Source: Candidatus Eiseniibacteriota bacterium (GTDB lineage Bacteria; Eisenbacteria; RBG-16-71-46; CAVPCR01). From it: a stretch of 64,000 bases of DNA. The notes below the pieces were generated by a model. That model was not told the DNA's origin. It searched no databases and saw only the letters and a program-made list of their open reading frames with translations. The stretch lies in assembly GCA_963702435.1 (NCBI GenBank), contig CAVPCR010000005.1, forward strand, positions 288,001-352,000. The letters are read 5' to 3'. The translations under genes and the position numbers were made by a program. Of this stretch, positions 56,995-64,000 are shown in pieces; position 1 is the first letter of the stretch; the number at the start of each line of letters is the position of its first letter.

Positions 56995-58971
56995 GTGAAG
57001 ACGTTCCGCATCGCGGCCCTCGCGGCCGCCCTTCTCGCCGCTCTCCTCACCGCCGTCGCGGCCCCGGATCTCCCCTCTCTCGTTCCCTTCTCCACCCCCG
57101 CCGGACGGGCCGCCGCCCTCGGCGCGCTCGCGATCCTCGCCGCCACCATCGCCGCCGGCCTCGCAGTCGCCGGCCGCCGGCGCAGCAATCTGCGTCCGCT
57201 CGCAAATCTCTTGAAGGAGCATCCCGTCGCGGCGGGCGGTGCCGCCCTCCTCTGGGTCCTCCTCTCTTGCCATGTGCCGGCCGCCGCGAGCCGCACCGAG
57301 CTCTACCGCCTGGTCGCGAGCCTCCTCGCTCCGCTCGCGGGGCTCGTGGCAACGATCGCCGCCGCATCCTTCCTCGTTCCGAGCGCCCCCGCCGCCGCGG
57401 CGAGAAGCACGCACCGCCATGCCACGCTCCTCATCCTGCTCGCCGCCCTGTTCGCCGCCGCCGGCGCGGCCCTCATCGCGCACCTCGCCTTCGATGGCGT
57501 GCCGCACATCCAGGACGAGGTCGCATACCTCTTCGATGCGCGCGTGTTCGCCGCGGGGCGCCGCTTCGCCGCGCCGCCGCCCATTCCCGCTGCCTTCCCC
57601 GCCCCCGACTGGATCGAGATCGAGCCGACCCGCGCCTACGGCGTCTTCCCTCCGGGCTGGCCTCGACTCCTCGCCCTCGGCGTCGGGGCCGGCCGGCCCG
57701 GCCTCGTGAATCCGATCGCCGCGGCGATCACAGTCCTCCTCGCAGCCGGACTGGCCGCGCTCGCCACATCGACCCGCGACCGCGCGCGGACCCGGACCTC
57801 GCTCGCCACGGCCTGGCTCGTGGCCACGAGCCCGTTCTTCCTCGTGCTCGCGGGGAGTTACATGGCGCACACGGCCGCGACCCTGTGGACCGCCTGCGCC
57901 TTTCTCTTCTATGCCCTCACCGCCCGCGTCACAGACGGCGGCCCGGGAGCGGGCACGCGTCTCGCTCTCGCCCCGGGACCCGTGGCCGGACTGGCAGCGG
58001 CGCTCCTGCTCCTCACCCGGCCGATCGAGGCGATCGCCGTGTTCGCCGCGACGGCAGCGGATGCCGCGCTCGCGCGGCGCGGCGCCTGGCCCGCCCTCAC
58101 CTGGATCGCGCTCGGGCTCGTCCTCGGCGGCGTCCTCCTCGGCGCCGATCAGGCGGCGGTCACCGGATCGCCCTGGGTGCCGCCGGTCGAGCGCTACTTC
58201 GAGCGGCACCACGCGCCGGCCACCAACGGGCTGGGTTTCGGCTCCGCCGTGGGACTCACCTGGGACGGAGGGGCCCCCGGGCACTCCCCCGGCGAAGCGC
58301 TCGCGAACGCGCGACGGAACCTCGAAGCGCTCAACCGCCATCTCGGCGGCTGGCCCGCCGGCTCGCTCCTCCTTCTCCTCGTCTTCCTCGGCGCGGCGCC
58401 GAAGACGCGCCTCGAACGTCTCCTCCTCCTCCACGCCGCATGCATCGTCGTCCTCTACGCGCTCTACTGGTACCACGGGCTCGCGCTCGGCCCGCGCTTC
58501 CTCGCCTCGCTCGCGCCGGGGCTCGCGCTCTTCACGTGGCGCGGCGCCGCCCGCGCGGGCGACTGGTTCGAGCGCGCCTGGCCCGGGAAGAACCTGGCGG
58601 CCCGCATCGAGGCCGCGCTCCTCGTGTCGGTCGCCTGCGGGCTCGTCCTCTATCTTCCCCTCAAGGTCATGACCGAGTACCGGGGGCTTCGTGGCGTCGA
58701 TGCGAGGATCGTGCGCCAGGTCGAGGCCACGCCGGCGCCCGCACTCGTCTTCATTCGCGGCCCCCGGTGGCCCGATCTCGCGAGCGCCTACTACCTGGAT
58801 GCTCCCGACTTCCGCGGCCCACGCGTCGTCGCGATGAGCCGCGGCCCGGCCCTCGACCGGGAGCTCGCCGCCGCCTATCCGGGGTACCGCGCCTGTATCA
58901 TCGAGCGGGGCGTGGGCGTCCATGGTCTGGACGCGGATGTCCCCGAGGCGCCGGCCCCCGCTACCCCCTAG
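56995..58971 (+). CDS. multi-pass membrane GT-C-fold glycosyltransferase-like protein
   Basis: many TM helices; PHIQDEVAYLF loop, FPPGWP, LTRP and GPRF; start uncertain. Confidence 0.65.
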   Translation: MKTFRIAALAAALLAALLTAVAAPDLPSLVPFSTPAGRAAALGALAILAATIAAGLAVAGRRRSNLRPLANLLKEHPVAAGGAALLWVLLSCHVPAAASRTELYRLVASLLAPLAGLVATIAAASFLVPSAPAAAARSTHRHATLLILLAALFAAAGAALIAHLAFDGVPHIQDEVAYLFDARVFAAGRRFAAPPPIPAAFPAPDWIEIEPTRAYGVFPPGWPRLLALGVGAGRPGLVNPIAAAITVLLAAGLAALATSTRDRARTRTSLATAWLVATSPFFLVLAGSYMAHTAATLWTACAFLFYALTARVTDGGPGAGTRLALAPGPVAGLAAALLLLTRPIEAIAVFAATAADAALARRGAWPALTWIALGLVLGGVLLGADQAAVTGSPWVPPVERYFERHHAPATNGLGFGSAVGLTWDGGAPGHSPGEALANARRNLEALNRHLGGWPAGSLLLLLVFLGAAPKTRLERLLLLHAACIVVLYALYWYHGLALGPRFLASLAPGLALFTWRGAARAGDWFERAWPGKNLAARIEAALLVSVACGLVLYLPLKVMTEYRGLRGVDARIVRQVEATPAPALVFIRGPRWPDLASAYYLDAPDFRGPRVVAMSRGPALDRELAAAYPGYRACIIERGVGVHGLDADVPEAPAPATP

Positions 58972-59175
58972 GCGGCAGGCTCCCTCCTGCGCTATGCTGG
59001 TGGATCGAAGGAAGCGGGATCCGCCGCCCGCTTCGTCGAAGCGGTCGCCGGCCGGTTGCCCACGCCGGCCGCAAGGTCCAGGTGCTTGCCGGGGTCTCAC
59101 CGCCCGGGGTGCCTCGCCGCGGCTGGGTGACCTGACCCCAGTCCCGGCTCAGATCCCTATTGCACGAGGATACCG

Positions 59176-62100
59176 ATGATCGGAACCCGGCTCGAGCCGC
59201 GGTCGCTCAACAAGCATTGGTCTGTTCTCGCCTCGTGCCTGCTCGTGCTCGCCGCGCTGGCGGCCCTGCTCGAGCCGTCGCCGGCCGCCGCCTACGAGAA
59301 GCGGCTGATCTGCGGCAGCCCCTTCGCGAGCTACACCGACTGGCGCCAACACGTCTTCGTCGACGACGTCGCCTACACCGCCCAGAACGGCGCCGGATTC
59401 ATCGGCGGGTGGGACGCCCCCGACAGCACCTTCAAGCCGATCGGCGGCACGGTGGACGAGCAGCTCTATAAGTGGTACCGGGGCAGCAACGTCGGCGAAC
59501 CCCTCGAGTACCGCTTCACTGTCCCGAACGGCACCTACGTCGTCCGCCTGCACTTCGCCGACACGGTCAATCACGGCCCCGGCCTCGGCATCTTCAACGT
59601 CGCGATCGAAGGCCAGACGGACCTCAGCAACTTCGACATCTACGAGCAGGTCCGGGATCACTATGCAGTGCTCTACAGCTTTCAGCGAACGGTGACCGAC
59701 GGGCAGCTCAACATCGTCTTCACCGCGGTCCGCCGCCTCGTGCAGATCAGAGCCATCGAGGTGTGGAGCGCCGCGCCGGATGCGGTTCCCCCCGTGGTGC
59801 CGGCGGGCCTCGCCGTCAGCGGCAGCTACGGGCGCATCCTCCTCGACTGGACCGACAACGCCGAGGACGACATCGCCGGCTACCACGTCGAGCGCTCGGA
59901 TAGCCCGACCGGCCCCTGGCAGCGCAAGACGACGAGCCTCTGCCGGCGCTCGCGCTTCGAGGACACGACAGCACTGCAGAGCTTCCCCTATCACTACCGC
60001 GTGATCGCGGCGGATGTCTGGGGTAACGAGAGCCCGGCGAGCGCCGCGCTCCCGGGGATGCGCCGGACCGACGCGGAAACCGATCTCCCCATCTACGGGA
60101 TCACGATCTCCCCGAGCGTGTGGGAGACCCTGAACCTGAACGTCGGGCTCGACACCTACTATCCCGCGACCTTCACCTACAACGGCCAGACCTGGAACAA
60201 CGTCGGCGTCCGCTACCGGGGCAACACCTCTCGCGACGTCTCGAAGAAGTCCTGGAAGATCAAGTTCAACAAGTTCGTCCCCAACCAGGAGTTCCTCGAC
60301 GGGCAGAACGAGCTCAACCTCGACTCCACCTTCGGCGAGCGCACGATTCTCCGCGAGAAGCTGGCCTCCGACTACTGCGAGCTGGTGGACGTGCCCGATT
60401 TCGACTCGCGGCACGTCCAGCTCCGGGTGAACGGCGAGTACTTCGGCGTCTACGTCACGCCCGAGAACGTGGACAAGCGCTGGCTCCGGAAGCACGGCTT
60501 CGACGACAGCGGCAGCCTGTACAAGGCCGAGCTCAACGCCTACATGCAGGTCATGCCCGACACCGCCGCCTACATGGCGGCCTACTCGAAGCAGACCAAC
60601 GAGGCGACCGGTTACGCCGATCTCATCCAGTTCATCGAGCTCGTCAACAACACGCCTGCGAACCAGATCTACCACGTACTTTCGGGCGGGCAGATCCGCT
60701 TCGACATCGAATCGTTCATCAACTACAACGCGGCCATGGTCGCGCTCTCGACCGACAGCTTCTTCGGCCGGAACTACTTCCTCTACCACGATCTCCTCAC
60801 CAACACGTGGACCTACCTGCCCGACGACCTGGACTCGACGTTCGGGCACTCCGGCATCTTCGACCAAAAGGTCACTCCCAACCTCAACCCGCTCCACGGC
60901 TTCGGCAACATCCTGATCGGGAAGCTGCAGCAGTCTCCGCACGTCAAGCGCCGGATCTTCGAGCGCGTGCTCGAGATGGCGGCTGAGGAATTGACGCTCG
61001 ACCGGATGACCCCGGTCGTCGATTCGACCTTTGCCCTCATGCAGGTGGATGCGCAGCTCGACTGGCGGAAGTGGGGCTGGGAGGATCCGGCGTGGACCGA
61101 CGGCGGCGCCAACGAGATCAAAGGCTACATCGCGCTCCGGCAGAGCTTCCTGCAGACGGAGGTGTTCGGCAACCCGACCTACATGCCGCCGCAGACCCTC
61201 TTCCTGAACGAGATCATGGCCGACAACGACTCGGTCCTCGCCGACGAGATGGGCGAGTACGAGGACTGGATCGAGATCGTGAACCTCGGCGCCGTGCCGG
61301 TCGCCCTCGGCGGCTACCATCTGAGCGACGACATCGCGCAGCCCACCAAGTGGGCCATCCCCGACACGACCCTCGCCCCGGGCGGCCACATCATCTTCTG
61401 GTGCGACATGGAGCCGCTCGAGGGGCCGACGCACACGAACTTCCGTCTCGAGAAGACCGGCGAGTGGGTCGGGCTCTTCGGGCGAGCTGCCGACGGCCGG
61501 CCGCCCATCGACTCGAAGAGCTTCGGCCGGCAGATCAAGGACGTCTCCTACGGGCGCTTGCCCGACGGCGGTTACGACTGGGATCTCATGGGGACGCCGA
61601 CGCCCGCGGCGCCGAACCTGGTGGACACGAACCTGCCGCCGGCCATCACGAGCGTGGATCACCTGCCGGCCGTCCCGTCGCTCAACGTGGCGGTGCGCGT
61701 CACCGCCCGCATCGAGGACGCGACCGGCGTCGCCGCCGCCAAGGTCTTCTATCGGCCGGGCGCGACCTTCCTCGAACAGCCGATGTTCGACGACGGCACG
61801 GGCGGCGATGTGACCGCGGGGGACCACATCTACACGGCGATCCTGCCCGGGCAGCCGGCGCCGGGCGTCGTCAACTACTACATCTGGGCCGTGGACACGG
61901 GCGGCTGGGACTACACCGATCCGCGGGACGCCCCGATCGACACCCACGCCTACACCGTGGCCTACATGCCGCCTGATCTCTACGTGAACGAGTTCCTGGC
62001 GCAGAACAACACCGGGATCATGGACGAGTTCGGGCAGCGGGAGGACTGGGTCGAGATCTACAACGGCGGGCAGAATCCGGTCTCGCTGGGCGGGCTCTGC

Positions 62101-62742
62101 CTCTCCGACGCTCTCGCCGTTCCCAACAAGTTCACCTTCCCGGATACGACCATCGCTCCCGGCGCCTTCCTCCTCGTCTGGTGCGACAACGACCCCGAGC
62201 AGGGGCCGCTCCACGCCGACTTCCGCCTCTCCGCGGCCGGCGAGCAGGTGGGGCTCTTCGCGGGCGCGATCGCGGGCTTCGCGGTGATCGACTCGGTGAG
62301 CTTCCGGGCGCAGCGGCCGGATATCTCCCGCGGCCGGTTGCCCGACGGCGGACCGGACTGGTACGACTTCACCGCGCCGACGCCGCGCGAGCCCAATTCG
62401 CTGGGGAGCGGCGTCGAACCGGCGGCGCCGGCCCCCCCGCGCGAGCTCCTGCTCGGCCCCGGGCGCCCGAATCCGACCTCCGGACTCGCGACCATCCCGT
62501 TCGCCCTCCCCGCGGCCGGGCGCGTGCGCCTCACGGTCTACGACCCGAGCGGTCGCGCGGTGGCCGAGCTCGTCGACGAGGTCATGGCCGCCGGGACCTA
62601 CGAGGTGGCGTGGGACGGCCGGCGGCGGGCGGCGGCGGACGGCGCGAGCGGCGGCGGCGCACCGGCTCCGGCGGGCGTGTACTTCTTCAAGCTCCGCTTC
62701 GGCAGCGAGACCCGCACCGGGAAGATCGCCCTTCTGCACTAG
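59176..62742 (+). CDS. secreted malectin-FN3-CotH kinase-2x lamin-tail protein with FlgD-Ig CTD
   Basis: VPNGTYVVRLHFAD malectin; FN3; RYRGNTSR..KKSWKI, NYFLY and DLDSTFG CotH motifs; two NE..A.N...EDWxEI LTDs; CTD. Confidence 0.85.
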   Translation: MIGTRLEPRSLNKHWSVLASCLLVLAALAALLEPSPAAAYEKRLICGSPFASYTDWRQHVFVDDVAYTAQNGAGFIGGWDAPDSTFKPIGGTVDEQLYKWYRGSNVGEPLEYRFTVPNGTYVVRLHFADTVNHGPGLGIFNVAIEGQTDLSNFDIYEQVRDHYAVLYSFQRTVTDGQLNIVFTAVRRLVQIRAIEVWSAAPDAVPPVVPAGLAVSGSYGRILLDWTDNAEDDIAGYHVERSDSPTGPWQRKTTSLCRRSRFEDTTALQSFPYHYRVIAADVWGNESPASAALPGMRRTDAETDLPIYGITISPSVWETLNLNVGLDTYYPATFTYNGQTWNNVGVRYRGNTSRDVSKKSWKIKFNKFVPNQEFLDGQNELNLDSTFGERTILREKLASDYCELVDVPDFDSRHVQLRVNGEYFGVYVTPENVDKRWLRKHGFDDSGSLYKAELNAYMQVMPDTAAYMAAYSKQTNEATGYADLIQFIELVNNTPANQIYHVLSGGQIRFDIESFINYNAAMVALSTDSFFGRNYFLYHDLLTNTWTYLPDDLDSTFGHSGIFDQKVTPNLNPLHGFGNILIGKLQQSPHVKRRIFERVLEMAAEELTLDRMTPVVDSTFALMQVDAQLDWRKWGWEDPAWTDGGANEIKGYIALRQSFLQTEVFGNPTYMPPQTLFLNEIMADNDSVLADEMGEYEDWIEIVNLGAVPVALGGYHLSDDIAQPTKWAIPDTTLAPGGHIIFWCDMEPLEGPTHTNFRLEKTGEWVGLFGRAADGRPPIDSKSFGRQIKDVSYGRLPDGGYDWDLMGTPTPAAPNLVDTNLPPAITSVDHLPAVPSLNVAVRVTARIEDATGVAAAKVFYRPGATFLEQPMFDDGTGGDVTAGDHIYTAILPGQPAPGVVNYYIWAVDTGGWDYTDPRDAPIDTHAYTVAYMPPDLYVNEFLAQNNTGIMDEFGQREDWVEIYNGGQNPVSLGGLCLSDALAVPNKFTFPDTTIAPGAFLLVWCDNDPEQGPLHADFRLSAAGEQVGLFAGAIAGFAVIDSVSFRAQRPDISRGRLPDGGPDWYDFTAPTPREPNSLGSGVEPAAPAPPRELLLGPGRPNPTSGLATIPFALPAAGRVRLTVYDPSGRAVAELVDEVMAAGTYEVAWDGRRRAAADGASGGGAPAPAGVYFFKLRFGSETRTGKIALLH

Positions 62743-62770
62743 CGAGAATCAGGCGGGAATCCGGGTCGGC

Positions 62771-62800
62771 TTGCCGGAGGAACGTCCCTCCTGGTACAAT
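62771..62800 (+). promoter_or_regulatory. sigma70-type promoter for the GT2 operon
   Basis: TTGCCG-N18-TACAAT with TG extension. Confidence 0.5.
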
Positions 62801-62847
62801 CCTTAGTCGTTTGGTCGCCGCTGCGTGCGCGACGAGGACTATCACAC

Positions 62848-63660
62848 GTGTCCCAGCTCCCGAGCCTCTCGGTCATCTTTCCCGCCTACAACGACGCCGG
62901 CACCATCGCGAGCATGGTCGTGACCGCGATGGCCACGGCGCGCCGTCTGGCGCCCGACTACGAGGTCGTGGTCGTCAACGACGCGAGCCGCGATCACACG
63001 GGCCAGGTCCTGGCCGAGCTCACGCAGCTCTACCCCGATCGCCTCAAGGTCATCACCCACCCGCAGAACCGCGGCTACGGGGGCGCCATCCGCTCCGGGT
63101 TCACGAACGCGACCAAGGAGTGGATCTTCTACACGGACGGCGATGCCCAGTACGACGCGCGCGAGATCGCAGACCTCGCGGCGGTCGTCGATGCGACGAC
63201 CGACATGGTCAACGGCTACAAGATCACGCGCCAGGACCCTTTCCACCGCGTGGTCGTCGGCGAGATCTACCGGGTGGGGGTCAGGTTCCTCTTCGGGCTC
63301 GGGATCCGCGACGTGGACTGCGATTTCCGGCTGATGCACCGCTCCATCTTCGAGCACGTCGAGCTCACGTCCACGAGCGGCACGATCACGCTCGAGCTCG
63401 TGAAGAAGATCGAGTCCGCCGGCTTCCGCATCAAGGAAGTCCCCGTGCATCACTTCTTCCGCGCCTACGGCACGTCCCAGTTCTTCAACTTCCGGCGTGT
63501 CGGGCGCACGCTCGTGGATCTGACCAAGTGGTGGTGGCGGCTGGTCGGCCAGCCGGCGCTTCAGGGCGGGGGGAGGATCCCCGGCGTCACGCCGGCCACG
63601 GCCGCCACGCGGGCCGCCTTCGCCGAACGTTGGGCCGCCAGACTCAAGGCGAGCGCCTAG
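62848..63660 (+). CDS. GT2 glycosyltransferase (polyprenol-phosphate sugar synthase-like)
   Basis: FPAYND, VVNDASRD, NRGYGGA, YTDGDAQ and DVDCDFRL. Confidence 0.9.
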   Translation: MSQLPSLSVIFPAYNDAGTIASMVVTAMATARRLAPDYEVVVVNDASRDHTGQVLAELTQLYPDRLKVITHPQNRGYGGAIRSGFTNATKEWIFYTDGDAQYDAREIADLAAVVDATTDMVNGYKITRQDPFHRVVVGEIYRVGVRFLFGLGIRDVDCDFRLMHRSIFEHVELTSTSGTITLELVKKIESAGFRIKEVPVHHFFRAYGTSQFFNFRRVGRTLVDLTKWWWRLVGQPALQGGGRIPGVTPATAATRAAFAERWAARLKASA

Positions 63661-63725
63661 CGGACGGCGCGGATCGGCGGGGCCGGCGCACCGACAGCAG
63701 GTCGAACCCTCGCACTCCTCGAACC

Positions 63726-64000
63726 ATGGCGCATCCGAACGACAGTTACCTGAGCGCCTACGCGGGACGAACCGTCCTCGTGACCGGCGGCCTGGGCTTC
63801 ATCGGCTCGAACCTGGCGCACCATCTCGCCGCGTGTCCGGGGACCCGCCTCCTCCTCGTCGATTGCCTGGTCCCCGACTGCGGCGGCAACCCCTTCAACA
63901 TCGAGGGCCTCGCCGGCCGGGTCGAGGTGCACCACGCCGACATCGGGGACGCGAAGGCCATGGCCCCGCTCCTCGCCGGGGTCGATTACGTCTTCAACCT
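63726..64000 (+). CDS. NAD-dependent nucleotide-sugar epimerase/dehydratase (runs off the window)
   Basis: ATG 63726 gives MAHPNDSYLSAYAGRTVLVTGGLGFIGSNL...VDYVFNL; absent from the ORF track. Confidence 0.85.
   Translation, partial: MAHPNDSYLSAYAGRTVLVTGGLGFIGSNLAHHLAACPGTRLLLVDCLVPDCGGNPFNIEGLAGRVEVHHADIGDAKAMAPLLAGVDYVFN

Noticed and set aside
59149..62739. Very long antisense ORFs (also 5377-7896, 18137-20662, 48302-50653)
   Set aside because: Shadow frames opposite real genes, expected from high GC3 codon usage.

Overview
A 64-kb high-GC bacterial chromosomal window with about 45 protein-coding genes and no tRNA, rRNA, CRISPR or mobile element that I can support. Seven secreted proteins carry a FlgD-Ig/T9SS-like C-terminal domain and three end in a short TWGxIK tail; by inference this points to an FCB-related candidate phylum (Eisenbacteria/Krumholzibacteriota/Latescibacterota-like). 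Housekeeping genes include selD (with an in-frame UGA selenocysteine codon and a SECIS-like hairpin), pckA, fumC, malQ, ligD, a PIN-PhoH protein, a LOG protein, an NtrC-type two-component pair and a CarH-like B12 photoreceptor cluster. The standout is a ~865-nt non-coding interval (20531-21395, minus strand). It has its own TTGACC-N17-TATTTT promoter, a 12-bp helix pairing its 5' and 3' ends, a U-rich tail, GNRA/UUCG tetraloops that read correctly only on the minus strand, and about seven copies of one internal-loop module. It looks like a large modular structured RNA that I cannot assign to a known class. A second, ~365-nt candidate RNA with a sigma-54-like promoter (39626-39990) ends in the same tail. 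Clusters of single-base insertions in fumC and the C25 gene look like long-read consensus errors. All structure and family calls were made by eye; no database searches were run.
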